DNA of 41,993 nt. It comes from Hyphomicrobiales bacterium. Lineage in GTDB: Bacteria > Pseudomonadota > Alphaproteobacteria > Rhizobiales > Beijerinckiaceae. This document shows, piece after piece, positions 9,504 through 20,658 of the stretch; the stretch's first letter is position 1, and every line of letters begins with the position of its first letter. The translations under genes and the position numbers were made by a program. A model generated the notes under the pieces. It was not told where the DNA came from and searched no databases. It saw only the letters and a list, made by a program, of their open reading frames with translations. The DNA lies in the NCBI GenBank assembly GCA_027489835.1, contig JAIXZF010000253.1, forward strand, positions 1 through 41,993, read 5' to 3'.

Positions 9504-11266
9504 GCGCGCTTGCGTCTCTGGCCCGCGCCTATGAGCGCATGGCCGGAAGGGGAGAGGTCCCGAGTTTCGGCTATTCGACGCAAGGGATCGGCTATGTGAT
9601 CGGCCTGAGGCCGGATGGTGGCGTGGTGGGCGCGCCGTGGGCCATCGGCGGCGGCGAGGGTCGCAAGCGGACGCCACGGGCGATCGCGGTCCCGCAACCC
9701 GTCAAGCGCACCGTCGCGATCTCGCCGAACTTTTTGTGGGACAAGACGGCCTACGCCTTGGGCGTGACGGCGGGGGACGAAAAGCGCACGGCGGCCGAAC
9801 ATGCCGCCTTCAAGGCGCGGCACAAGGAGTGGTTGGGAGGCACGCAGGACGAAGGCCTGCTGGCGCTGCTCGCCTTCCTGCGCGGCTGGTCGCCCGAACG
9901 CTTCGTGGAGCTCGGGTGGCCGGAGGAGATGCGCGACCAGAACGTCGTCTTCGCGCTGGAAAGCGAGCGGCTAAACGACCGATATCTTCATGACCGCGAC
10001 GAGGCGCGCTCCCGCTGGGCGCGGATCGGCGTGGACGGGGCGGGACGGGAGGCCGCATGCTTGGTCACCGGAGAGCGTGGGCCGGTGCAGCGCCTACACC
10101 CCGCCATCAAGGGCGTCTGGGGCGCGCAGACTGCCGGCGCCTCGATCATCTCGTTCAACCTGAACGCCTTCACCTCCTACGGCAAGGAGCAGGGCGACAA
10201 CGCGCCGGTCTCCGAGGCCGCAGCCTTCGCCTACACCACCGCGCTCAACCGCTTCCTCGAAAAGGGCAGCGGCCATCGCCTGCAGATCGGCGACGCCTCC
10301 ACCGTCTTCTGGGCGGATGCCTCCGACGCCGCCGTGGCCGAGCAGGCCGAAGGTTTCCTTGCGGGCCTGATGGGCGTCGTCGACGAGACCGAGGAAAGCC
10401 GCAAGATCAAGGGGCTGCTGGAGCGGGTCGCCACGGTGCAGCCGGTCGCGAGCTTCGCACCCGCCCTGCCGGATGTGCGGGTGCACGTGCTGGCGCTGGC
10501 GCCCAACGCTGCGCGGCTCTCCGTGCGCTTCTACGTTGAGGACGATTTCGGCGAGATCGCCAGGCGCTATCTGGCGCATATCGAACGGATGCGGATCGAG
10601 CCGCCGCCGCGCGATCCCGCGCTGCCGATCTGGCGCATGCTGGTCGAGACGGCGGCACTGCGGAAGTCCGAGAACGTGCAGCCCAACCTCGCCGGCGAAT
10701 GGCTGCGCGCCATTCTGACCGGCGCGCCCTATCCCTTGACGCTGCTCGCCTCGGTCATCACCCGCATCCGCGCCGACCACGACGTCAACGCGACGCGCGT
10801 GGCGATCCTGAAATCCGTTCTGATCCGCAACTTCAAGATGAAGGGAGACAAGCTCGTGGCGCTCGATCCGGACAATGCCGACCCCGGCTATCTGCTGGGG
10901 CGGCTCTTCGCGGCCTACGAACGGGCTCAGGTGGCGGCGCTCGGCCGCGACGTGAACGCCACGATCAAGGACAAGTTCTACGGCTCGGCCTCGGCCCAGC
11001 CGCGCAAGATATTTCCGCTTCTCGACCGCGGCTCGGCGAACCACCTCTCGAAGGTGGGCAAGAAAAGCCCAGGCCAGCGCGTGAACCTCGAAAAGCTGAT
11101 TGGGGAGATCATGGCGTTGATGACGCCCAACGGCGACCCATACCCCGCCAGCCTGCCTGACCGCAGCCAGGCCCTCTTTGCGCTCGGCTACTATCACCAG
11201 CGCTCGAGCTTCTTCGCCAAATCCGAAATCGTCGATGCTAAGGAGGCCTCTGATGCCAACTCTTGA
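9500..11266 (+). CDS. cas8c: Type I-C large subunit Cas8c/Csd1
   Basis: NFLWDKTAY, CLVTG...RLHPAIKGV, SFNLNAFTSYGKEQGDNAPVS, APNAARLSVRF, YLLGRLFA, FALGYYHQR; ATGA overlap with cas5. Confidence 0.96.
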   Translation: MSALASLARAYERMAGRGEVPSFGYSTQGIGYVIGLRPDGGVVGAPWAIGGGEGRKRTPRAIAVPQPVKRTVAISPNFLWDKTAYALGVTAGDEKRTAAEHAAFKARHKEWLGGTQDEGLLALLAFLRGWSPERFVELGWPEEMRDQNVVFALESERLNDRYLHDRDEARSRWARIGVDGAGREAACLVTGERGPVQRLHPAIKGVWGAQTAGASIISFNLNAFTSYGKEQGDNAPVSEAAAFAYTTALNRFLEKGSGHRLQIGDASTVFWADASDAAVAEQAEGFLAGLMGVVDETEESRKIKGLLERVATVQPVASFAPALPDVRVHVLALAPNAARLSVRFYVEDDFGEIARRYLAHIERMRIEPPPRDPALPIWRMLVETAALRKSENVQPNLAGEWLRAILTGAPYPLTLLASVITRIRADHDVNATRVAILKSVLIRNFKMKGDKLVALDPDNADPGYLLGRLFAAYERAQVAALGRDVNATIKDKFYGSASAQPRKIFPLLDRGSANHLSKVGKKSPGQRVNLEKLIGEIMALMTPNGDPYPASLPDRSQALFALGYYHQRSSFFAKSEIVDAKEASDANS

Positions 11267-12227
11267 ACACCGCCACGACATCGTCTTCTTCTTCGACGTC
11301 ACGAACGGCAACCCAAACGGCGATCCCGATGCGGGCAACATGCCGCGCATGGACCCCGAGACCAATCACGGCCTCGTCTCGGACGTCTGCCTCAAGCGCA
11401 AGATCAGAAACTACACCGAGTTGGCGAAGGGCGGCCAGCCGGCGTGGCGCATCTACGTGCAGGAGGGCGCGATCCTCAACGAGCGCCACCGGGAGGCCTA
11501 TGCGGCGATCCGTGGCGAGGCGGCGGCGCCGGCAAAGGGGAAAGACGGCAAGGACAGCGGCAAGCTCAACCCCAAGGACGAAACCGAAGGCAAGGCGCTG
11601 ACGAAGTTCATGTGCGACAACTTCTTTGACATCCGCACGTTCGGCGCGGTGATGAGCACGGGCGTCAACGCAGGCCAAGTGCGCGGCCCCGTGCAGGTTG
11701 CCTTCGCAAAGTCCGTCGACCCGATCCTGCCGCTGGAGATCTCGATCACCCGCATGGCGGCGACAAACTCGCAGGAGAAGGCCGACCGCGACAAGGGCGG
11801 CGACGACGGCGACGCCCGCACCGAAAACCGCACGATGGGTCGCAAGCACATCGTGCCTTACGGGCTCTACCGTGCCCATCTGTTCGTCAACGCCGCGCTA
11901 GCGGCACGCACCGGCTTCGGCGACGCAGACCTCGCCCATCTGTTCGAGGCGCTCGGCCAGATGTTTGAGCACGACCGCTCGGCCGCGCGAGGCGAGATGG
12001 CGGCGCGGCGCGCCATCGCCTTCCGGCACGCTTCGCTGCTGGGCCAGGCGCCGGCTCACGCCCTGTTCGACCGGGTCACTACCCACCGCCGCTTCGGAGG
12101 CGAGCTGCATCCGGTCGGCGACACGCGCCTCGACAACGCGCCGCCGGCCCGCAGCTTCGGCGATTACGAGATCCGCATCGACCGCGAGAACCTGCCCGCC
12201 GGCGTCGAGATCATCGAGATCGTCTGA
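11253..12227 (+). CDS. cas7: Type I-C backbone subunit Cas7/Csd2
   Basis: FDVTNGNPNGDPDAGNMPRMD, SDVCLKRKIRNY, FFDIRTFGAVM, QVRGPVQ, TMGRKHIVPYGLY; AAGGAGG SD before ATG 11253. Confidence 0.97.
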   Translation: MPTLEHRHDIVFFFDVTNGNPNGDPDAGNMPRMDPETNHGLVSDVCLKRKIRNYTELAKGGQPAWRIYVQEGAILNERHREAYAAIRGEAAAPAKGKDGKDSGKLNPKDETEGKALTKFMCDNFFDIRTFGAVMSTGVNAGQVRGPVQVAFAKSVDPILPLEISITRMAATNSQEKADRDKGGDDGDARTENRTMGRKHIVPYGLYRAHLFVNAALAARTGFGDADLAHLFEALGQMFEHDRSAARGEMAARRAIAFRHASLLGQAPAHALFDRVTTHRRFGGELHPVGDTRLDNAPPARSFGDYEIRIDRENLPAGVEIIEIV

Positions 12228-12232
12228 CCCCG

Positions 12233-12874
12233 ATGGAGGAGGATGACGCGTCGATCCCGCTCTCCGCCATCCAGCACGCGGTGTACTGCCCGCGTCAGGC
12301 CGGCCTCATCCATCTCGACCGGCTGTGGGCGGAGAACCGCTTCACGGCGGAAGGGCAGATCGTCCATGCCCGCGTCGACGAGGCGGGCGGGCGGCGGGTG
12401 CGCGGCGTGCGGCGGCAGACCTCGCTGCCCCTCGCCTCCGCCCGGCTTGGCATCGCCGGCGTCGCCGACATGGTGGAGTTCATCGACGAGGGCGGCCTGG
12501 AGCGTCCGTTCCCAATCGAGTTCAAGCGCGGCAAGCCCAAGGCGCACCGCGCCGATGAGGCGCAGCTGTGCGCGCAGGCCCTGTGCCTCGAGGAGATGAT
12601 GGGCCGGGCCGTGCCCGAGGGTGCCCTGTATTACGCCGAGACCAAGCGCCGCCTCGTGATCGCGTTCGACGCCGAGCTCAGGGCGCTAACGGAGACGGCG
12701 GCGGCCGAGTTGCGCGCGATGTTCGCCGGCGGCCGCGTGCCGGGAGCCCTCTATCGCGCCGAGCGCTGCCGGGCCTGCTCGCTGATAGAGCTGTGCCGGC
12801 CCAGGGCCCTGTCGCGCTCTGCGCTCAACTGGCGCCAGCATTCCGTGGAGCGCCTGCTCGGGAGTGGTCTATGA
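12233..12874 (+). CDS. cas4: CRISPR-associated exonuclease Cas4
   Basis: YCPRQ, GVADMVEF, PIEFKRG, QLCAQALCLEEM, C-terminal CRACSLIELC Fe-S cysteines. Confidence 0.96.
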   Translation: MEEDDASIPLSAIQHAVYCPRQAGLIHLDRLWAENRFTAEGQIVHARVDEAGGRRVRGVRRQTSLPLASARLGIAGVADMVEFIDEGGLERPFPIEFKRGKPKAHRADEAQLCAQALCLEEMMGRAVPEGALYYAETKRRLVIAFDAELRALTETAAAELRAMFAGGRVPGALYRAERCRACSLIELCRPRALSRSALNWRQHSVERLLGSGL

Positions 12875-12887
12875 AGCATGTACTTCC

Positions 12888-13922
12888 ATGAAGCGACTGC
12901 TCAATACGCTGTATGTTACGACCGAAGGGGCAGGCCTGCGCAAAGACGGTGAGAACGTGGTGGTCACCGTGGAGAATGCCGAGCGTCTTCGCGCGCCTCT
13001 GCACATGCTGGGCTCTATCGTTGCCTTCGGTCCTGTCTTCGTCTCGCCCGCGCTGATCGGCGCGTGCGCTGGCACGGGGCTTACAATCGTCCTGCTCGAC
13101 CGCACGGGTCGCTTCGAGGCGCGTATCGAGGGGCCTGTCGCCGGCAACGTCCTACTGCGGCGCGCCCAGTATCGAGCCGCTGATGCGCCAGACGAGATCG
13201 TGCGTAGCTTCGTCATGGGCAAGGTCGCCAACCAGCGCAGCGTTCTGATGCGCGGGTTGCGTGACCATCGCGACTCCATGGATGTGGTGGCGAAGGCGGC
13301 GCTCGATTTCACCGTCCAGCGCCTTGCCTTCATCCTGCGGCGCGTGGCGCACGAGACTGGTGGAATTCAGGCGCTGCGCGGTGCCGAAGGCGAGGCCGCC
13401 CAACTGTACTTCAGCGTGTTCGACCATCTGATCCGCATTGACGACGTCCATCTCCGTTTCCACGGCCGCTCGCGCCGTCCGCCGCTCGACGCGGTCAATG
13501 CGCTGCTGTCGTTCCTGTACACCCTGCTGACTCATGACTGCCGCTCAGCTGCCGAGGGCGTCGGGCTCGATCCAGCCGTCGGCTTCCTGCACCGTGACAG
13601 GCCGGGCCGGCCGAGCCTTGCGCTCGACCTGATGGAAGAGCTGAGGCCTGTGCTTGCCGACCGCTTGGCACTTTCGCTGATCAATCGCCGCCAACTTTGC
13701 GGCACCGATTTCGAGCGGCGAGACGGCGGCGCAGTCTGGCTGACGGACGCTGCTCGCAAAACCGTCTTGGCCGCATGGCAAGAGCGCAAGCGCGAAGAGC
13801 GTCGTCACCCTTTCCTCGATGAGGCCGTACCGCTCGGTCTGTTTCCGCATGTACAGGCGCAGCTTCTGAGTCGCCATTTGCGTGGTGACCTTGACGCCTA
13901 TCCTCCTTGGCTCTGGAGCTGA
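12888..13922 (+). CDS. cas1: Type I-C integrase Cas1
   Basis: MKRLLNTLYVTT, GNVLLRRAQY, LRGAEGEAA, RSRRPPLDAVNALLSFLY, GFLHRDRPGRPSLALDLMEELR. Confidence 0.97.
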   Translation: MKRLLNTLYVTTEGAGLRKDGENVVVTVENAERLRAPLHMLGSIVAFGPVFVSPALIGACAGTGLTIVLLDRTGRFEARIEGPVAGNVLLRRAQYRAADAPDEIVRSFVMGKVANQRSVLMRGLRDHRDSMDVVAKAALDFTVQRLAFILRRVAHETGGIQALRGAEGEAAQLYFSVFDHLIRIDDVHLRFHGRSRRPPLDAVNALLSFLYTLLTHDCRSAAEGVGLDPAVGFLHRDRPGRPSLALDLMEELRPVLADRLALSLINRRQLCGTDFERRDGGAVWLTDAARKTVLAAWQERKREERRHPFLDEAVPLGLFPHVQAQLLSRHLRGDLDAYPPWLWS

Positions 13923-13944
13923 TGCCCATGCGGTGGGTGCCCGT

Positions 13945-14235
13945 ATGATGGTGCTGGTGACCTACGACGTGGCCGTGAGCGATCCTGGCGGCGCGCGGCG
14001 CTTGCGCCGCATCGCCAGGGCCTGCCGCGACCACGGCCAGCGTGTTCAATTCTCCGTATTCGAGATCGAAGTCGAGCCGGCGCAATGGGCTTTGCTGAAG
14101 GCGAGGCTCGAATCCATCATAGACCCAAAAGTCGACAGCCTGCGCTGCTACCATCTCGGCGCTAACTGGACGCGACGTGTGGAACACTTCGGCGCCAAGC
14201 CCGCGCTTGATCTCAATGGGTCACTGATAGTCTGA
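13945..14235 (+). CDS. cas2: Cas2 (96 aa)
   Basis: MMVLVTYDV...RRLRRIARAC...GQRVQFSVFE...DSLRCYHLG. Confidence 0.96.
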   Translation: MMVLVTYDVAVSDPGGARRLRRIARACRDHGQRVQFSVFEIEVEPAQWALLKARLESIIDPKVDSLRCYHLGANWTRRVEHFGAKPALDLNGSLIV

Positions 14236-14418
14236 TCATCCCGCGAACCTTAAGCGTGCCACGAAAGCGTGGCCTGTTCGCGCTTCCGCTAACTGTATCA
14301 ATCCACTCACAGACGCGACCCCGCGTTAACATTCCGTTCAGAGCGAAGCCGCCGCTGGCGCCAGGTTCGCGGAATCGACTGAGTTTCCACATCCCCCTCA
14401 ATGCTTTAGGTAGAGGAG
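14236..14418 (+). promoter_or_regulatory. CRISPR leader
   Basis: Non-coding segment between cas2 and the first repeat, with GCGAACC/GTTCGC inverted motifs; degenerate repeats are at the opposite end of the array. Confidence 0.8.
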
Positions 14419-17400
14419 GTCGCTCCCTCACGGGAGCGTGGATCGAAACCGCAAACTGCAGCATCTGTGTCCCCGGAGCCTGAGGTCGCTCCCTCACGGG
14501 AGCGTGGATCGAAACAACATCGACGGGGTTGTTCACTCGAACATCATCGGGTCGCTCCCTCACGGGAGCGTGGATCGAAACACTTCGATGTCCATGACAG
14601 GACCCTTTCGGATGGTCGCTCCCTCACGGGAGCGTGGATCGAAACGGCGTCTACGCGGCATGCGTGACCGGCAACATCGGTCGCTCCCTCACGGGAGCGT
14701 GGATCGAAACACCCCGTGACCGTCTGTCTGACAGCCGAGCAGTGGTCGCTCCCTCACGGGAGCGTGGATCGAAACCTCGACTGCGCCCTGTCGTACCGGG
14801 GCTCGCGGGGTCGCTCCCTCACGGGAGCGTGGATCGAAACGGCGCGGCGCTGAGCGGCGTGGCGCAGGTGGCGAGGTCGCTCCCTCACGGGAGCGTGGAT
14901 CGAAACTCTTTAAGGGATTGGGTTACACTAGTGTCACCCTGTCGCTCCCTCACGGGAGCGTGGATCGAAACAGCGAAATGGCAGCCAGGCCGATTCAGGA
15001 AACAGAGGTCGCTCCCTCATGGGAGCGTGGATCGAAACATGGTCGCATCGCTGCTGCTCAACCAGCGGCCTTGTCGCTCCCTCACGGGAGCGTGGATCGA
15101 AACCGCGCGCATCCCGCTTGTGGTCTATTCGGCTGCCCGTCGCTCCCTCACGGGAGCGTGGATCGAAACGAGGAACGGCTGACGGACGCCATCAGCCGCC
15201 TCGGTCGCTCCCTCACGGGAGCGTGGATCGAAACATTGCCCATGTGGTGCACGGCCTCACACCCTGGGGTCGCTCCCTCACGGGAGCGTGGATCGAAACC
15301 ATGTCGTAGAGGTCATCGTCGCGGCGGATGAGGGTCGCTCCCTCACGGGAGCGTGGATCGAAACCGCGACTTCGTCACGGACGGGAACCCGCTCTCGGTC
15401 GCTCCCTCACGGGAGCGTGGATCGAAACTTCCATGGTATGGGCTCCGCGCGCCTCACATGCTCGTCGCTCCCTCACGGGAGCGTGGATCGAAACACGATA
15501 GTCGAAGCTGCCGGAGAGAGCCGCAAGCCGTCGCTCCCTCACGGGAGCGTGGATCGAAACCCCGACTCGTTGACGCGGTTGAGCTGCGCGAGGGTCGCTC
15601 CCTCACGGGAGCGTGGATCGAAACCCGCGTCTCCTGCGGCCCCGCAAGCGGCTGGTGGGTCGCTCCCTCACGGGAGCGAGGATCGAAACTCCACCTGCGA
15701 GGGGTGGTTGACACGGGCATCGCCGTCGCTCCCTCACGGGAGCGTGGATCGAAACATGAGCAATGACGCGACGGGATCAGCGACGAAAGTCGCTCCCTCA
15801 CGGGAGCGTGGATCGAAACACGAAAGAACAGGTGCGGCTCAAAGAGCATCGCCAGTCGCTCCCTCACGGGAGCGTGGATCGAAACTGCCACCGCTCCATT
15901 GGGCGAGCGCGGATCCGGTGTCGCTCCCTCACGGGAGCGTGGATCGAAACAAGATGCGTCCTGATCCGGTCGCCGAGCTTGACGGGGTCGCTCCCTCACG
16001 GGAGCGTGGATCGAAACAGGTGGCCGCGCTGCCGCTCGGCGGCGGGCAATCGTCGCTCCCTCACGGGAGCGTGGATCGAAACTCGTCCAAGGCCGGCGTC
16101 CAGTCATAGGCCGACGCGTCGCTCCCTCACGGGAGCGTGGATCGAAACCGTTCTACTCGGGCAGCAAGGGCCTCGTTCGCATGTCGCTCCCTCACGGGAG
16201 CGTGGATCGAAACTGGCGGAAGCGTGCAACGCCTCCACGGCCTCGAGCGTCGCTCCCTCACGGGAGCGTGGATCGAAACACCGACATCGTCATGGCCTGG
16301 ACGGATGCCGCCAGTCGCTCCCTCACGGGAGCGTGGATCGAAACTCTCCGGTCATCGTCGCGCCGGTCGAGGGCGGCGTCGCTCCCTCACGGGAGCGTGG
16401 ATCGAAACTGCGTCAACAGATGTTGGTTGCCGCTCGTCGCCGTCGCTCCCTCACGGGAGCGTGGATCGAAACATCGCCAATCTGCTGTCCTCGGCCGGCT
16501 TCGTCGTCGCTCCCTCACGGGAGCGTGGATCGAAACGCCGTCGAATTCTACCTCGACACCCTCGCTTAACCGGTCGCTCCCTCACGGGAGCGTGGATCGA
16601 AACTCCGAAATCGCCGACGCGGCGTTCGACGAAACCCTGTCGCTCCCTCACGGGAGCGTGGATCGAAACCTGTCCGACGTGACCGAACGGCGCGGCCTCG
16701 ATTGTCGCTCCCTCACGGGAGCGTGGATCGAAACGCGCCCACCTCGAATAGCCCTTCGCCGATGAAGGCGTCGCTCCCTCACGGGAGCGTGGATCGAAAC
16801 CATTGCGGAGACCTCGCGACTCAGACGCAGCCGCGGTCGCTCCCTCACGGGAGCGTGGATCGAAACAACGTCGAGGTGCTGGACCGGCGCGTCCGGCGGC
16901 GTCGCTCCCTCACGGGAGCGTGGATCGAAACACCATCATCGATGCGGAATGGCGACCCGAAAACGTGTCGCTCCCTCACGGGAGCGTGGATCGAAACGCC
17001 GCCATGGTCCGGTGGATGCCATTGACATCAAGGTCGCTCCCTCACGGGAGCGTGGATCGAAACATCTGCGTGGCTGGAATGCGGGGCTTCTGAATGTGTC
17101 GCTCCCTCACGGGAGCGTGGATCGAAACACCAACGCCGCGTGCAGCTGGCCGACTTCGTCGGGGTCGCTCCCTCACGGGAGCGTGGATCGAAACGCCTGA
17201 TGACGGATGCTGAGCGCCGCGCGGCTGGAGTCGCTCCCTCACGGGAGCGTGGATCGAAACTCGACGCAGGTGGTGGGACTGAGCAGCGGAGACGGTCGCT
17301 CCCTCACGGGAGCGTGGATCGAAACTCGCGCAACGCGTCGCGCGCCTGGAGCAACCGACGGTCGCTCCCTCACGGGAGCGTGGATCGAAACTCCATAGCG

Positions 17401-18961
17401 CAGGCAAGATATGGCTCGCGACGACGTCGCTCCCTCACGGGAGCGTGGATCGAAACACCACGAAGGAGCCGGTGACGCCCTCGATCCGGAGTCGCTCCCT
17501 CACGGGAGCGTGGATCGAAACTAGGCACCGGTGAAAATCCGGCCCTAGCCATATCGTCGCTCCCTCACGGGAGCGTGGATCGAAACTCGGTCTTGGTCGT
17601 GTCAGCCGTTTGCGCGCCGGCGGTCGCTCCCTCACGGGAGCGTGGATCGAAACTCCTTAGAGGCTCTGGGCGAAAGCCCGGTGAGTGGTCGCTCCCTCAC
17701 GGGAGCGTGGATCGAAACCACCTTCCGGACACCGACACCATCGACGCCGAGGGTCGCTCCCTCACGGGAGCGTGGATCGAAACTCGGCGTGGCTGCGGTG
17801 AGAGGCGGTTGCCCAGTGTCGCTCCCTCACGGGAGCGTGGATCGAAACGCCCAGCATGGCACATCTGGCGACACGGGCGGCTAGTCGCTCCCTCACGGGA
17901 GCGTGGATCGAAACCTGCAAGTGCGCCTGACCACAAGTGCCAGTAACGTCGCTCCCTCACGGGAGCGTGGATCGAAACTCCTGAAGGCCCGCAGGCTGGA
18001 CCTGCCAGTTATGAGGTCGCTCCCTCACGGGAGCGTGGATCGAAACGCCGATCAGCATGAAGGGCCGCGCGGGCGTGAGGTCGCTCCCTCACGGGAGCGT
18101 GGATCGAAACATCCTTGACCAGCCGCCAACGGGCTCAACCTACGGTCGCTCCCTCACGGGAGCGTGGATCGAAACACATGCACGCGGCTGCCGTCGGCCC
18201 CGTAGAGCGCGTCGCTCCCTCACGGGAGCGTGGATCGAAACGCCTATGACGGGCAGACCCGCGCGCTGATCGCGCTGTCGCTCCCTCACGGGAGCGTGGA
18301 TCGAAACCTGCAAGGGCTCCGCACATGGGATGCGTTCGGCAAGGTCGCTCCCTCACGGGAGCGTGGATCGAAACCAGATGGACGGGCCGGGCTATACCAA
18401 CCCGTATCGTCGCTCCCTCACGGGAGCGTGGATCGAAACTCGAGCGCCTTGCCCACGGCCTCGGGGGTCGGCGGTCGCTCCCTCACGGGAGCGTGGATCG
18501 AAACAGCGCGGCCGTCATCAGGCGCTGCACCTGCGTGGCGTCGCTCCCTCACGGGAGCGTGGATCGAAACCGCATGTTCGCCAAGCCCTTCCTGATGGCC
18601 GCCGGTCGCTCCCTCACGGGAGCGTGGATCGAAACATCTTGTTGGCATGGGCCGCGACGCCGCTGTTCGCGTCGCTCCCTCACGGGAGCGTGGATCGAAA
18701 CGCGTTCGGGGGGATCTACTGATGGCCGCGCCCGTGTCGCTCCCTCACGGGAGCGTGGATCGAAACAACAACACTGTCGCGCCTTTCCGCAACGCCGCCG
18801 CGTCTCTCCCTCACGAGAGCGTGGATTGAAACACGATGTCGATGTCTGCACCAACCGAGCCGCGGTGGTCGCTTCATTAGAGGAGCTAGGATCGCAACCA
18901 TGCCATCACAACTTTGTGGCCGGGCAGCCGGTCGCTGCCTCGCAGGGGCGTGGATTTAAAC
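14419..18961 (+). CRISPR. Type I-C CRISPR array, 31-bp repeat GTCGCTCCCTCACGGGAGCGTGGATCGAAAC; 70 repeats and 69 spacers by manual count
   Basis: 67 near-identical repeats (14419 to 18736; single-base variants at 15008 and 15659) plus three degenerate trailer repeats (18802, 18868, 18931); spacers ~32-37 bp; stem CGCTCCC/GGGAGCG. Confidence 0.99.
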
Positions 18962-20658
18962 TACATGACAAGTGCGGCCTGCCTGTTCCAATCCAACGGC
19001 AGTGCGATGCCTGGTGCGATATCCGCCCCTGTGATCGACAGCGCGGCATTTCCTTCGAGGTAAGCTTCAACCAACTTAGGTTTGAGAAAAGCCAGCCGCA
19101 GCAACTGTGCGACATAGCGCTCGCTGACCCCCTCCTGGGCTGCGATCTCCCGCATTGAACCGGCGCGGCCGGTCGTCAAATCGTCATACCAGGTCACAGC
19201 TCGGGAGAGTGCCTTGATGAGCGACTTGTCGAGTGGCGCCGATAGATCGGCTCCCTCATTCGGCGGCACCATAAGATGCAGGGTCTGCCCCCGGCGGACA
19301 AAGCGCCCCGCGACTTCGATGGTCGTGGCAGGCCCGTCGTTTCGCCCCTTACTCTGGTCGCGCTCGCCTATGGCGACAGAGCCCAATGCGTCGCGCGTTA
19401 ACATGAGACTAAGGCCGTCGCGGCGAATGGTGATGCGTTCCAGCAGGCGCGGGAGTGCTTGGCGCTGCGAAGGCCCGGTCGGTTGCTGCAGCTCGCTTGC
19501 CAGCCTCGCTGCCTCGCTCGCCCGTTGCGCGATCGAGTCAGGGGAGGCTTCATCCTTCATCAGCGTCGCCATCAGCCATGAGCGGTCAACGAGCTTCGTG
19601 GTCAACGTCCGGAGAACCAGCGGTTCGATCTCTCCGGCCGGTATGCGCAAGGCCTCGGCAACCTCGGGCCTTGTGACATAGTAGCGGTAGCGCCGGCCCG
19701 CCTTCGTGGTGTGACTGCCGATCAAGCCGTTGCCAGCCTCGTCGAACAGCAGGCGCGACAGCAGATTGGCATCCTTGGCGTTGGCGCGCACGCGGCCCTC
19801 CTGCTTGCCGGCGGAGAGACGCTGCTGAACGGCCTCAAACGTCTCGGGCGCGACAATCGCCTGGTGTTGCGCCTTGAAGCGCTCGCCCCTGTGAGCGATC
19901 TCGCCGGCGTAGATGGGGTTGGCCAGGATTGCGCGCAGATGCCCGAGGCTGAAGGGACGCGCGCCCCACTCCCGGTTTGAAGCCGATTTAAAGGCGCGTG
20001 TCACAACGTGCTTGCGGTCGAGTTCTTCCTTCAACCTGCGGATACCGCCAAGGATTAGGAAGCGCTCAAAGATGTCGCGAATGATCGCTGCCTCTTCGTC
20101 CACGATCCTGAGCGTGCGCCCGTCTGCGGCGTAACCCATAGGCACGAACCCGCCCATCCAGAGGCCCTTCTTCTTGGACGCGGCGATTTTGTCCCGGATG
20201 CGCTCGCCTGTGACCTCGCGCTCGAACTGCGCGAAGGACAACAGCACGTTCAGCGTCAGGCGCCCCATTGAGCTGGTCGTGTTGAACGATTGCGTCACGG
20301 AGACAAAGGACACCCCTTTCGTATCGAAAACCTCGACCATCCGGGCGAAGTCGGTGAGCGAGCGGGTGAGCCGGTCGACCTTGTAGACCACGACAGTGTC
20401 GATCAACTCTGCATGGATGTCGGACAGCAGGCGCTTGAGCCCGGGGCGCTCCATGGAGCCGCCGGAGAAGCCCCCGTCGTCGTAAGATGTGGCGAGCGTT
20501 CTCCAACCTTCATGGCGCTGTGAAGCGACATAGGCCTCGCAGGCCTCGCGCTGGGCATGAAGGGAGTTGAACTCCTGTTCCAGCCCCTCCTCCGAGCTTT
20601 TGCGCGTGTAGATCGCGCAGCGGATTGTCCGGAGCTTTTGGTTGATACGATCACGCAT
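18961..20658 (-). CDS. Large serine recombinase (resolvase plus recombinase domains)
   Basis: RCAIYTRKSSEEGLEQEFNSLHAQRE, YDDGGFSG, VVVYKVDRLTRS, TSSMGRLTLNVLLSFAQFEREVTGERIRDK. Confidence 0.95.
   Translation of the reverse strand: MRDRINQKLRTIRCAIYTRKSSEEGLEQEFNSLHAQREACEAYVASQRHEGWRTLATSYDDGGFSGGSMERPGLKRLLSDIHAELIDTVVVYKVDRLTRSLTDFARMVEVFDTKGVSFVSVTQSFNTTSSMGRLTLNVLLSFAQFEREVTGERIRDKIAASKKKGLWMGGFVPMGYAADGRTLRIVDEEAAIIRDIFERFLILGGIRRLKEELDRKHVVTRAFKSASNREWGARPFSLGHLRAILANPIYAGEIAHRGERFKAQHQAIVAPETFEAVQQRLSAGKQEGRVRANAKDANLLSRLLFDEAGNGLIGSHTTKAGRRYRYYVTRPEVAEALRIPAGEIEPLVLRTLTTKLVDRSWLMATLMKDEASPDSIAQRASEAARLASELQQPTGPSQRQALPRLLERITIRRDGLSLMLTRDALGSVAIGERDQSKGRNDGPATTIEVAGRFVRRGQTLHLMVPPNEGADLSAPLDKSLIKALSRAVTWYDDLTTGRAGSMREIAAQEGVSERYVAQLLRLAFLKPKLVEAYLEGNAALSITGADIAPGIALPLDWNRQAALVM

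Noticed and set aside
14450-18930. Self-targeting of main-array spacers against the flanking prophage, IS or element
   Set aside because: No convincing match seen by eye; the shared CTGCAAG start of the spacers at 17915 and 18308 is too short. A computed alignment is needed.
14213-19158. Many ORFs with SLPHGSVDRN, VAPSRERGSK or RSLTGAWIET repeats
   Set aside because: Translations of CRISPR repeats, not genes.
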